A DNA stretch of 64,000 bases, taken from the IMG/VR virus record IMGVR_UViG_3300028840_005860, positions 1 to 64,000 of that record; one strand, 5' to 3'. The position numbers and the translations under genes are program-made. Of the stretch, positions 49,761 to 61,071 are shown piece by piece; positions within the stretch are counted from its first letter, which is position 1, and each line of letters starts with the position of its first letter. The notes under the pieces were generated by a model. It did no database searches. It had not been told where the DNA came from and saw only the letters and a program-made list of their open reading frames with translations.

Positions 49761-50365
49761 CTACGTCCGATACGGGTCTCGAGCGCCGGCGGCCAACGCC
49801 TCGAGCACCGGCGCGGGGATCCGGGGGAGTTCGCGGGTTCGAGGATGGATCACCACCGGCTCGTCGTGATCGAGGGCGACGACGTACGCCGCCTCGTCCC
49901 GGTACCACTCTGGGGTCTTCGGACGCAGGTCTCCCAGTCGCTGCGTGTAGGGTCTGAACGTCACGCGGTGCCAGCGGTGATCGACGAGGACGTAGTCCCC
50001 GATGGCGACGTCATGGATGCGGGCCCTATTGACGAGGCCGCTCATCACTGTCTCGTCCCGGCCTTGATGAATAGGGCCTTGGCCTTCTTCTCCTCGAGCG
50101 TCTCCTCCCGGCCCAGCACCTTCTCGTGTTTCTCTGCCTGCTCCCGCTGGCGCTTCACGGCGTTCGCGCTGGCCCTCTCCATCTCTGCCTTGACGCGTTG
50201 CATCTTGGTCTCGGCGAGCCCCTTTGAGGTGTTTGCGCTCTCGGAGCGATGGAGTCGTTCTGCTCGCGCCTCGCGGGCGTCCTCCATCGCCCAGACGCCG
50301 TTCATCTGGCGGATCTCGTCCTTCGTCGGCTCGTCATCCAGGTCGCGGGGTCGTCTTCGTGTCAT
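49761..50365 (-). other. hypothetical genes 49761-50048 and 50045-50365
   Basis: Coupled ORFs. Confidence 0.55.
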
Positions 50366-50947
50366 GGTCGTCGCCTGTCTCTCCTTGTACCCCTTCGGAC
50401 ATTTCCCTGCCCCAAGGGCATCACGCCTCGTCGTCCGCCCCCTCCTCGGCCCGGGTCGGGATCCTTCCCAACTCGCGGCCGTCGCGCAGGACGACGATGT
50501 CGCCGGTGGCGGCGTCGTACCGCGCCACTCGTCCATCACCGAACGGGAACATGACGTTCTCCTGCAGGAGGGGATGTCGCAACAGCCACCTCATGTGTTC
50601 AGGCAGCAGGGGCATCGGGCTCTCCCTCGAACAGACCGGTCCAGGTCGTCTCTAGCAGGCGCTCCATCGTGGCTCCTCCTCGGACCTTCTTCACAGTACC
50701 GAAGCTCGTCAGAACGCGCCGGTCCCCCTCGAGCCACGGCGACTCCTGGGCCTCCTCGAGGCTCGAGTACTTCGCCACTGGCACCGTCACCTGGCCCTCG
50801 TGCCTCACCATGAAGACGAAGCCGAGCCCGTAGCCGCCGACGCCGGGTTTCACGATCCAGAGCGTCTCGCCGTCCTTGAGGTACCAGCCCCGGTGAACCC
50901 CGCGACCCTCCTCGCGGTCGTAGCCCGTGAGCTCGGACCACCTATGC

Positions 50948-51628
50948 CTAGTCGTCCCCATCCTCCAGGCTTTCCACGACGACCGACCGGTCGCGCGCTT
51001 GAGCCAGCGCATCAAGCAGCTGGGGTGTTGGATCGAGTAGCTCCTCGGGTTGCGGGGCGTCCAGTCCCCAGTGGGCCGTCTCCCTCGTGCCGGTCACGTA
51101 CAGCTCCACGTGCAGCATGCTCGTCGGGCGCCCCTTGTCGTTACGCAGGACCCTCTTGACGTGGCCCAGGAACTCGCCTCGAGCGACGTCCGCCTCAAAC
51201 TCGACGACCGGGGTCATCTCGCCGTAGCAGACCACCCCGGACTCGCCCTCCACCAGCACGGCCTGAGTGTCGTGCCACCAGGGAGAGTCGGCCTTCGGCC
51301 CCGTGAAGTTCTCGACCAGCACCACGCGGCCAGCCTCCACCGCCACGACCTCGGTGCCGGGCTCGGCGTACAGGTCGACGCCCGTGTGCGTGTCGAACCG
51401 CCTGCGGACCCCGAACCGTCCCGGCTCGTCGGGCCACAGGCACGGGGCGTCCCGCAGAGGCCAGAGCCAGCGCGTCGCCTCGTTCAGCTCGTGGGCCCGA
51501 ACGACGGCCTCGTCTCGGCCGGCAGCTGGCGTCGACTCCTTCTTCAGCCGGTCGTGGACGAACCATCGCGTGGGTTCGTCGCCGTTCCCGGGCACGCTGA
51601 CGGGCAGGTAACGCCTCTCCCCGCGCAT
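50948..51628 (-). CDS. M23 family metallopeptidase
   Basis: HTGVDL (HxxxD), VVAVEAGRV, MLHVELY. Confidence 0.8.
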   Translation of the reverse strand: MRGERRYLPVSVPGNGDEPTRWFVHDRLKKESTPAAGRDEAVVRAHELNEATRWLWPLRDAPCLWPDEPGRFGVRRRFDTHTGVDLYAEPGTEVVAVEAGRVVLVENFTGPKADSPWWHDTQAVLVEGESGVVCYGEMTPVVEFEADVARGEFLGHVKRVLRNDKGRPTSMLHVELYVTGTRETAHWGLDAPQPEELLDPTPQLLDALAQARDRSVVVESLEDGDD

Positions 51629-51632
51629 CGCC

Positions 51633-52139
51633 TCAGTCCTCGTCCTCCACGACGACTCCCCCGTCGGCGGTGATCTTGATGACCTTGCTGACCTTCCTCT
51701 TGCCCACCTGGACCGTGACCGCGACCGCGGCCGGCAGCGGCATGCTCGAGCTCTGGCTCTGAACCTGTTTGTAGCCGCGCTTCGTGCCCACGTCACCCTC
51801 CACGCGGGTCTCGAGGGTGATGTGGCCGACGAGCCTCCCCCTCCTTCTCACGGTGAACAGGAGCTTCTCGATCCCGTGCATCCGGGCGTACCACCGTCCG
51901 TCGCGTGCGCCGTAGTAGGTCGCGCGTCGGCTGTTGGCTCGGGCTCCCGCCACGTCGTGCTCGTCCGCGAGGCGTACGTCGTCCCCGTCCTCGAACTTGG
52001 TCCCGCGGTACAGGCTGCTCTCCCTCATGGCCGCGAGGAGCTCCCGGGCCAGCCGGGGGGCGTCCGGAACCTCGGGTACCGCTATGAGCCCTCCGACCTC
52101 GTTGCAGCTTCCTTCTTCCCAAGTCTGAACTGCCTTCAT
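51633..52139 (-). CDS. hypothetical protein
   Basis: 168 aa ORF. Confidence 0.6.
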   Translation of the reverse strand: MKAVQTWEEGSCNEVGGLIAVPEVPDAPRLARELLAAMRESSLYRGTKFEDGDDVRLADEHDVAGARANSRRATYYGARDGRWYARMHGIEKLLFTVRRRGRLVGHITLETRVEGDVGTKRGYKQVQSQSSSMPLPAAVAVTVQVGKRKVSKVIKITADGGVVVEDED

Positions 52140-52341
52140 CGTCTTCTTCGTCTCGCTCTCAGGTGTGCGAACACGACGCCCAGAAGCCAACCGACAAGAC
52201 CGCCGTAGAAGATGGCGTCGATGGCCGACGGCGTCAGCTGCGGCCGCAGCCAGTCCGCGAACGCCATCCAGAGCAGGCAGAACGGCACGTAAAGCGCCAT
52301 CACGATCAGGACCACCATGCCGTCTCTCGTCAGGCCCGGCA

Positions 52342-53082
52342 TCAGTTCCTCACCGCCTCTGGCCCGATGGACTGCATCGCCAGGTCCTCGGTGTCGTACA
52401 CGCGACAGAACAGAAGGCGTTTGTTCCGAGTCCTGTTCTCCCTTTTCCCGGACGGCGTCGTGACCTTCTCAAGCCACCACTGCCGTCGCAGGTGCACGAA
52501 GACGTGCTTCCCGTTCTCCAGCACGCGTTTCTCGACAAAGTCACGCGTGACCTCGCGGACGCCCGGCGTCGTGAGGGCGATGTTCTGCACGAGTCGGTAC
52601 ACGATGGCCTTCCCGACCCCCTTTCCGGGAACCCTGACTAATTTCCCCTCGCACTCAAGGGTCTCGGGGAACTCCGAGGCATTCGCGGTCGCACAGGTCC
52701 TGCACGGAACGTACTCGTTCAGCAGCAGGACCCCTCGGGGGTCCCCCTTGCACTCGAGACACACCTCGGGACCACCAGAGGCGGCCGGGGGCTGGGGGAC
52801 GAAGTCGTCGAAGGACCCGCGCACCACCTGAAAATCAACCGCCACGTTTGCCTCGACGACCGCCAGAAGCCGGCGCCGCCCGTCCACCAGTCCCTTGTCC
52901 ACGTCGTGGTGAATGGGGCCGTCTCGTTCGGAGACCCAAAGACCCTTCTTCATCATGTCGGCGAACTCGCGAACATGCCTGGGGTTGGGCCTCCGGTACT
53001 TGGGAACCAACTTCTCCAAGAGCTTCCGGGCCTCATCAGGACCAATCCGTTCGACTGTTACGGTGTATGCGTTTCCAGACAT
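52342..53082 (-). CDS. ParB-N-like domain fused to an unknown C-terminal domain
   Basis: VERIGPDEARKLLE...FADMMKKGLW...LVDGRRRLLAVVEA. Confidence 0.6.
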   Translation of the reverse strand: MSGNAYTVTVERIGPDEARKLLEKLVPKYRRPNPRHVREFADMMKKGLWVSERDGPIHHDVDKGLVDGRRRLLAVVEANVAVDFQVVRGSFDDFVPQPPAASGGPEVCLECKGDPRGVLLLNEYVPCRTCATANASEFPETLECEGKLVRVPGKGVGKAIVYRLVQNIALTTPGVREVTRDFVEKRVLENGKHVFVHLRRQWWLEKVTTPSGKRENRTRNKRLLFCRVYDTEDLAMQSIGPEAVRN

Positions 53083-53083
53083 A

Positions 53084-56000
53084 TCAACCCTCCTCGGTCA
53101 CGGTCGCAGAGTCTTGAGGTTTGGGGTCCTTCCGAGAACGGGCCAACTGACCCTCCAGATCGACCACTCGTTTCTGGAGGTCCTCGATCTCGTTCGCGGA
53201 GCACGAAAGGTTGACCCTGAAAAGGTCGAGCAGGAAGAGGCTCTCGGCGTACCGCCTGCGAATCTCCTTGAGGGGCATGCGCCGAATCTCCCGTTCGTAC
53301 TCGGAGACCCTCTGTTGAACGTCGATCACGACGTCCTCACCCAGACGGACGTGTCCACGTCCTTCCCCGAGCCCTGCATGATGTCGTGGGCTCGGTTCTC
53401 GTCGCCCTCGACGAACGCCTCGACCGCCAGCAACGCCTTCTTGTAGGCGTCCGGGTCCGTGTACTGGTCCTGCATCGCTCGGATGCGACAGATGCGGATG
53501 AACTCGTGAATCTTCATGTTCGCGTCTCCTGCTGCTTGGCCTTGGCCGCGGCCTCGATCTCCCGGCGTTCTAGCCAGTAACACCGCCGCACTCGAGCTGA
53601 CTCGTCCTCGGTGAACTCGATGGTCACGGCCGGGCCTCCCAGGAGGACCTGCGCCGCCGGAACGGGGGCAGCAACCTCGGGAGTCGCCGGGTCGTACTGG
53701 GCACACGCCACCCCGGTGGGCCACAGGACACCGCCGCCGTAACTTCCCCACCAGACGGTCCTGAGAAGCCAGTGCCACAGCCGATCTCTCAGGGTCAGCG
53801 TGGCGCGCCACTCCTCGTCGCGGAATCCCCTGACGTACGGTCGCCTGCCCTCCCAGAGCATGTCGGCGATCTCCACGAGCCCCTCGACGAAGCACGCGTG
53901 GTCGAACTCGGGAAACTCGGGGTCGACCTCTCGGGCCGTCGCGACGAGCCGCCGGTAGAACTCCCACAGGTTCACGCCCTTCGCCTCCCCTCGGCAAGCG
54001 CGTGCCAGAGCTGCTCGTTGCACGCGATGCGTACTGCACGGGCCCCATGCCAACGCCCCAGAACGTAGGCCGCGAGGACGAGAAGCGCTCCGCCAACCCA
54101 TGCGAGCACCGGCACGTCACACCCCCCACATGGGCATCGGGATGAAGCCGAGCCGCACGAGCTTCCGGATCACAACCCGGTCGTTGATGTGCTGGCTCGT
54201 GCCGTAGACCGAGAAGACCACCCTCTCCCACGGCGTGAGCGCGAAGAACCGCTTCGCCGCCTTCGTCACAGCACCCTCCAGTCGTAGGTCGCCTCGCAGC
54301 GCCAGTACCGAAGCCTGCGGCCCTCCGCCTTCACCGTCTCCACCTTGGTCGAGAACGCCTTCAAATGCGCCCGGACCGTCACCTCGTACCCCCCGTACCC
54401 CCCGTCGTCCTCGCCGGCGTGTGCCGTGGTCTTGAACTCGACCGTGCCGAACTCGCCCAGGACCGGAGCCTCCTCCTGGCACCACTCGACCTTCTCCAAC
54501 CCGGAGTCCTCGCACTCGAAATCCATCTGCACGTGGCGTCCGCGAGAACCCCAGTACTCGTAGGAGCCGATCCCGTTGTCGACCATGCGGCCTTGTGGCC
54601 TCACGGCCTCCCGCAGCTCCTCCTCCGGGTGGGAGAGAGGCACGCCCGCTCTCGTTAGCAGTCCCTGCATCACCAGGTTCTCCATCACTTCAGCCTTGCT
54701 CGTCATGGTTCGCCTCTCTCTTGCCCGTTCCATCTTCTCCGCACGAACGACAGGCGGCCGAAAGGTCGCGCCCCTCGTTGAACACCCCGCAGTTGCCACA
54801 CTGCCAACGCGGGGTGCTAGTCGCCCGCAACTTCGCAGCGAGGTCCTTCTCGTTGATCGGCACCCGCCAGTAGCCGCCGCTCTCCTCGCTCATCCACTCG
54901 TACTCGGGATGCCTCTCGGCGTCGACCAGGTAGCCATACACCTTCTCGACCTCCTCGGCGGTCAAGCCCAGATCGTGTGCCAGGTCCTCGCGCCTGACCG
55001 CCCCCCGGTTCTTGCGGTACCACTCCATCACCGCACGGGCGACCTTGCGGGCGCGTGACCGTCGGGAGACCTTGCGCCTCTTCACGGCGCCTCCTTGAGT
55101 TTCTCGATCGCGAGGTCGACGATGGCCAACCCGACCTCGAGGTCGGCGGCACGGTGCTCGCTGTCGTCGTCGCTCTGGCTGTCCACCAGGGCCTTCCGCG
55201 TGCGCTGGAGCTCGGTCATCGTGTAGCCGTACTCCGCCCGCGCCGTCCCGGCGGTGTCGCCCGGATGCGTGGACCAGAGCTGCATCAGCGGATCGGTGGC
55301 CGCGTCGAGGTCGCCGTACGGATCGTCCGGGTCGCGGTGGGGGTCGCGCTCAGGCATCCCCCAGCTGAGGGCCCCGTAGACCTCCTCACGTTCGCCCGGT
55401 CCCACGCAGATGCGCCTCTCCGGGAGGGTGAACGCCTCAGGGTCGATCGTCGCGTGCCTAGTCATGCTCATGCCCTCTCTCCACGAAACAACGGCAGCCA
55501 GGGCGCCGGAACCCGACCCCTGCGGGCCTCCTCGCGCATCGCCTGACGACCGGCCTCGGTGATCACGTACTCGCCACGGTCGATGTCCATCACCACGAAA
55601 CCGCGGGTCCCCAACCGATGAAGCGAGTCCAACTCCTCGTTGCGCTTCACGTCGAGAAACGAGAATGTCCCCGCCGCGAGGTCGCGCATGATCCTCTGCT
55701 GCGTATGACCGAGCCGAGCCCTCACTCCCGATACCCCCTCACGCGCTCGCCCAACACCGTCAGCGCTCCGGGCACCGCAAGGCCCCGACGCCGTAACTCG
55801 TTCATCGCCTCGGAGTCGCGCACGACCGGCCACTCTTGCAGGGCCAATCGGGCCGGCGCCGAGAGGTACCTCCACACGCGTCCGATCTCCTGGTCGCACA
55901 GCGCCGCCTCGGCGTACGTCATCGGATCTCCTCCAGTCGGCCGCCCTCGTCGGTCAGCCAGACGCTCTCCATGCCCGCCGCCAGACCGAAGCCTCGTGCG

Positions 56001-56161
56001 TTGCACAGGAACATGAACTCGGGACGCTTGGCGTTCCGCATCGTGAAGTAACAGGCGCCCCGCTTCCCGTGAAGCTCGTACACCGTCCGGCCGTCCTTGC
56101 CCTCCCGACTCGTCACCGTGAAGGCTCGACCGTTGACTTTGATCTCGTTCGGGGTGCTCAT
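53084..56161 (-). other. run of short hypothetical genes (e.g. 53084-53329, 54266-54706, 54690-55085, 55082-55471, 55919-56161)
   Basis: Co-oriented coupled ORFs downstream of class I promoter 56174-56199. Confidence 0.65.
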
Positions 56162-56199
56162 CCTCTTGCCACCTGCACGGGACCCCTGACGTTTTTACA

Positions 56200-57350
56200 C
56201 CGACTCCGTGAAACCGCACGGCGCCCGCGTGCCGGCCACCGTCCTCGCTCCACTCCCATCGGCCCCTCAGACGCCCTCTCGCACCCCCCGGTTGCAGGGG
56301 TCCCGGTCACCACGGCCATCGCCAACACGGCGTGTGAGACGGCCGGGAGGAGGTGCAGGGTTCTGAGAATCTGTCCCACGGTCTGATGTGCATTACCAAC
56401 GGGCCATACGCCCCATTCCCGCCCCCAGACGCTTTTTTCAGAAAACCGACCCGAGAGCGTGAATTCGCCGCTCGAGGGCCATATACAAGTGGGGGAACGC
56501 CCTAAAACAGGCCCCCTGAGGCCCTCAGACGCCCCCACGCGCCTTTCCCCCTACAAAGGGCCCCACAGGGAGGCCCTCACAGGGGCCTCCCCAGGGCGGC
56601 CCTACGTCCAAGTTCGGCCCTCTGGCGCCGGATCCCGTTCTGGCCCTCGATTCTGAAACCCCCACGCCCCACAGGGGCCCTCCTGAGACGCCCTCCCTGG
56701 CGAGGCCCCATAACACCCCGGCCGCCACGGGCGGCCCTCCTGGCACCTCAGACGCCCCCACAGGCCCTATCTTGAGGTGATGGGCCACATGGGCCACCAC
56801 TGGCACCCTCATAACTTTGCGCTGTGTGCGCATTTCCCTAGGGTCTCCAGACGTGGCCCATGTGGCCCACCCTCATCTACATGCCCGACCCTGGGCACTC
56901 GCTCCTCTCACCCACCCGCCCCACCTCGAAGCACACGCCGAGGCTCCTCACCCGCCACGGGGCCCGGCTTCTCGGTGCACAACAGTTGTCCACCAAGCCG
57001 GCCCGAGTAGACAAACCTTGTGCACGGCCGCTCCGCACACGCCCGCGTTCCTTGAGGTTCGACAGCTCGAGTCGATCCTCGATCACCTCACACGCCCGAA
57101 CTTCACGATCGATGTGGTCCGCGATCTCGGAGGTCCGCGTTCACGGACCGCATGCTCGACTCGCTCTGGCTCTCGATCGATCTCGTCGGGCTCGTGCGTG
57201 TTCGAGAGAGGGACGCGATCTCACAGAACCGTATAGAAGAATTGTGGCACGTGGGGCCCCACCCGAATTCGCCATATCCGACCTGTCCGCGTCGGAAGGC
57301 CCGAAAAACGAACCCCTTTTCAGAAAGCGCTTGTAGACCTTTCCAGGGCC
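56200..57350. other. long non-coding, C-skewed repeat region (candidate origin or terminus)
   Basis: CTCAGACGCCC at 56266, 56524, 56747 (variant at 56683); perfect 17-bp inverted repeat 56781-56797 / 56853-56869. Confidence 0.5.
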
Positions 57351-57357
57351 TAGTATT

Positions 57358-57915
57358 GTGTTCAAACGGATGCCGCGTCCTCGCACCACCCGATGGCCGA
57401 CCAGAGACTCCCTGCGAAAGGACCTTTCACGGGGAAAGACCCTCAAGGAAATCGCGACCGACTACGGGCATTCCGTCGGATGGCTCAACAACGTCCGAAG
57501 ACGATACGGCCTTGGCCCCGAGCCTTGCGGTCCTCTGGTCCTGGAGGGAGACCTGCTCGCCCTGTTCCTGGGGTCCATGCTAGGGGACGGCAGCCTCGGC
57601 AAGAAGGACAACCGGATGTGGTTTTCCGAAGGTCATAGCGTGGCTCAGAAGGGTTACGTCGAGTGGAAGCGTCGACGGTGGGGTGTCTGGGCCGGAAACC
57701 TCCACAGGAGCGCCCCGCGCCTGACGATCGACGGAGATCGCGTCGTTCGAAAGCGCGAGCACTGGAGTTTCACGACACGCTCGTCGCCCACGTTCGTGCC
57801 TTGGGAGGAGGCATTCTACGGTTGGAAGCGGAAGGGGAGGCGCGCCAAGCGCTTTCCCGAGGAGGTACTTGGTCACGCGACTCCGCTGATGATCGCCGCG
57901 GGCGCGTGCCCGTGA
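57358..57915 (+). mobile_element. LAGLIDADG homing endonuclease, C-terminally truncated
   Basis: N-terminal HTH; LFLGSMLGDG, FSEGHS..QKGY, FTTRS.P.F, FY; ends at TPLMIAA where a second WxxDDG motif is expected. Confidence 0.75.
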
Positions 57916-57933
57916 GGATTACGAAACGGGGTT
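57900..57933. repeat. 34-bp dispersed repeat (also 58717-58750, 59783-59816, degenerate 61771-61802)
   Basis: Consensus GGGYGCGYGCCCGTGRGGRTTCTGAAWCGGGGTT. Confidence 0.8.
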
Positions 57934-58449
57934 GTCGTGCGGGACCGTGCGGAGGAACACGACGAGCCAGTGGGGTTTCTTGTAGTCTCGTGACCGAGAG
58001 GGACGCTTCGCCACCGGGAACTGGAGCGCCCCGCCGTCACAGAGGTAGGAGAGGGCCGAGCCCGAGTGGAGGAAGACTCTGCGTTCCTCGAGGAGGGTGC
58101 TCACCGCGTCGAGGAACGCCAGGCTCATCCCCGCCCAGATCACGGTGTTCGGCCTTTCCGGGATCGTGAGAGCCCAGTCTCCCACTCGCTCGGGGAGGGG
58201 GTCCTCCTCGGGTGCCCGGTACCGCCCGAGGGAGTTCTGCAGTTCGGCGAAGGATACCCAGTCGGAGCGTTCGACGTAGCTCAGGATCGCGGCCCGGAGG
58301 GCCTTCACGTCGTCCGGGGACGCCGGGGCCTGGTCGGTCTCCGGGGGTGCCGACGGGGAGGCCGCGTCCAGCTGCTGGTGGGTGCCCTGGTAGCTCATGC
58401 CGTGCTTCTCGGCGTGCTCGCGCACGCGCTTCTTGAACTTGTTCGTCAT
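57919..58449 (-). CDS. hypothetical protein resembling pathogenicity-island family proteins
   Basis: VSFAEL, NTVIWAGMS..F, LSYLCDG..L.FP, YKKPHWL. Confidence 0.55.
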   Translation of the reverse strand: MTNKFKKRVREHAEKHGMSYQGTHQQLDAASPSAPPETDQAPASPDDVKALRAAILSYVERSDWVSFAELQNSLGRYRAPEEDPLPERVGDWALTIPERPNTVIWAGMSLAFLDAVSTLLEERRVFLHSGSALSYLCDGGALQFPVAKRPSRSRDYKKPHWLVVFLRTVPHDNPVS

Positions 58450-59349
58450 CTCGAATCCCTGACCGAGCCGGCTTGGCTGACCCCGCGCGTCGGCCCCGTG
58501 CTCGACGAGGATTGGAGAGGACGTCACCCGAAGTCTGGGAGCCTCTTCGCCTCCTTCGCAGCCCGGGCGCGGGCGCGGGCTTCGGAGGTCGGGCACGGGC
58601 GGGTGCCCTCCGCAGATTCTACCCCATCAGGGCGTCCGTGGGGGAGTGGTCTTCGTTCGCAGGGGGGACGAGTTCAGCTACCGCGGTCCCTCGTGATCCT
58701 CCTCGGGGGCGCCCGGGGGCGCGCGCCCGTGGGGGTTCTGAATCGGGGTTACGGTCGCGAGGGTGGTCGTCGTGACCCTGTGGCAGTGGTCGTCCTCGAG
58801 GACGATCGACTTCAGGCGGTACTCGCCCCGTTCCAGGGCGCGGAGGAGCCATCGCAGCGTGTCCATGGGGGTTCCTATCTCTGCGGGGCCCAGGCTCGCG
58901 CGTTCGTGGTGGGGCGGCCGTGACGATGTCCTTGGGGATGCCGCAGGATTCGTAGAGCAGCTTGGCCGTGTTCCTGAAGCAGTCGTTCACGGTCGTTGTC
59001 TCCTGAGCCCAGCCGTCGGGTAGGATCCCGATCTTCCGGCGTTCGCGGGACTCCTCCATGGCCCACACCGAGTGCATCATGCGGGCCTCGTCGGGAGGTA
59101 CGTGGTCCCAGGTCATTCGTGCTCCGCGAGCCTTTTCACGGAAACTGGCTGAGCCAGCTCCCGCCCGCGCGGTACGCCTCCCAGGAGGCGCGATGTCCGC
59201 TCGGGTGGGTGTAGACCACCCTGAAGCGCTTGTTCTGGCCCGAGTCTCGGACGCCCTCGTGGATGGTGTCGAGGAGTCTCGGAACTCCTCGTGCGGCAGG
59301 CCTCTCCCGTCGAAGAGGACGAGCTCGCGGCCGTCGTGGTCTAGGGTCC

Positions 59350-60768
59350 TTATGGGCACGGGTCGGTTTCCCGCATTCGTTGGAAGTAGTCGGGGTCGTC
59401 CTTCCAGAGCACCTGCAGCTCCTGGACCTTCCACTCGGCGAGCCACGCGAGCATCCGTGCCTGGTTCTTGGGCAGGGTGACCTGCTCCGCGTCCTCGGTC
59501 TGGGCCCTGCGGCAGGCGTCCAGGATCTCGGGGACCTTCATGGTGGTTCTACCCCGGGCCCGGAGATCGCGTACAAGGGGTGAGGAGAGACGCCCATGTC
59601 CGTACACGTCGCCATCGAGAACGGGGTCCTGACCTTCCTGGTGCGTCACGGGGAGGAGCACGTGCTAGTTCACGTGTTCAAGGAGGGGGCAGGGCCAGGG
59701 TGGTTCTGAACGAGCACACCCTGTGCGACTGCGGGGAGACGGAGTACGAGGTGCCCGAGGCCGTGTGATCCCCTTCGGCGGCGGGTGCGCGCCCGTGGGG
59801 ATTCTGAATCGGGGTTTCAGGCGAGGTGGTCGTCCTGCTCGGCGTCCTGGCGGCTCTTGAGGACGGCGTCTCGGAGGTTGTCGCGGACCGTCTCCTGCAC
59901 GAGCTCGAGGAACTCCTCCTCGGTGGCCCCGGCCTCGGCGGCGGCGAGCAGCTCGGGTGCCAGGAGCGCGGCCAGGTGGGCCGGGTCTAGGACCAGGAGG
60001 ACTCGTTCCCGGAAGTCGGAGCCGTCGGTTTCGTGAAACTCCAGGCGCCTCGCGTGCTGGACTTCCCAGTCGGCGACGGCGTCGCCCGAGAGCCTGTGGA
60101 CGACGACGCCCACGCGGTGCTCGTGGCAGTCGGGGCAACCCGGATCGACCTGGATCGCGTAGAAGGTGCCGTCGGGGCCGGGGAGGGCGTAGAGGGGATC
60201 GAAGTCGCAGCAGCCGCACTGTCCCATGTCTCCTCCGCCACGGCACGAAGCCGGCGATGACGACCCGGAAGGGGCCGGCGAGGTCGACGACGGCGCTCGT
60301 GTCGATCTTGAACTTCACCCACGTCCCGGCCAGCTCGTCTTCCCCGTCCACGTAGTAGTCGGGGTTCTCGCAGATGGCGTCGTTGACCCGCAGCAGCAGG
60401 TCGGTGACTTCCCGGTCCTCCACCGCGTTGACGAAGGACTGGTGGCACCTCGTCAGCCAGTCGGGCGCGTCTTCGATCGCGTAGAGGCCGAGGTCCTTCT
60501 CGCCGAACGAGTCCCAGATCAGGAGCGTCTTCATCGTTTTTCCTCTCGTGGTTTCGTGGGGTGTCCGAGTCGGAGAAGGTGCTCGTCATGACCAGCGATC
60601 CTTGAGGACCGTGCCGTCCTTCAGGACGACCCGGTCGCACTCTCGCATCTGCACCGAGTCGCCGTCCCCCGCGGGGAGCCACGTACCGTCCTCGCTTCTG
60701 TAGAAGGTGAGGGTGATCTTCTTTCCGTTCGAGAGCCTTCCGGTGGCGGTCTGTTCTTCACGCTTCAT
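59350..60768 (-). other. hypothetical genes 59350-59541, 59817-60227, about 60240-60534, 60586-60768
   Basis: ORFs with SD or GGGGTAGAA upstream. Confidence 0.55.
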
Positions 60769-60804
60769 CGCCTGCCTCCCTGCTCGTCATGGTGTTCGTG
60801 CATC

Positions 60805-61029
60805 TCAGAATCTCCGGTTCGACTCGCGGGTCCGGCGGTCGCGGACGTCGTGTTTGAAGTCGTCGATCTCGAGGTCCGTGACGAAGAGCCCTTGCTTCTT
60901 CGCCTCGCGGCGGACGAGCAGGCTGACGAGACCGGCCCGGGACCCGCCGAGCCGGTCGTTGAGCTTCCTGAGGAGGAGGAAGTCCTCGACGGAGAGGGAG
61001 ACGGACCGGCGAAACTGGTGCGTGCCCAT
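60805..61029 (-). CDS. ribbon-helix-helix protein
   Basis: RRSVSLSVEDFLLLRKLNDRLGGSRAGLVSLLVRRE. Confidence 0.65.
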   Translation of the reverse strand: MGTHQFRRSVSLSVEDFLLLRKLNDRLGGSRAGLVSLLVRREAKKQGLFVTDLEIDDFKHDVRDRRTRESNRRF

Positions 61030-61034
61030 GTCTG

Positions 61035-61066
61035 TTCTACCCCGTCGGGGGCGCTTCGGGGTAGAA
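61035..61066. promoter_or_regulatory. perfect 10-bp inverted repeat in a divergent promoter
   Basis: TTCTACCCCG (61035-61044) / CGGGGTAGAA (61057-61066). Confidence 0.7.
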
Positions 61067-61071
61067 GGAGC

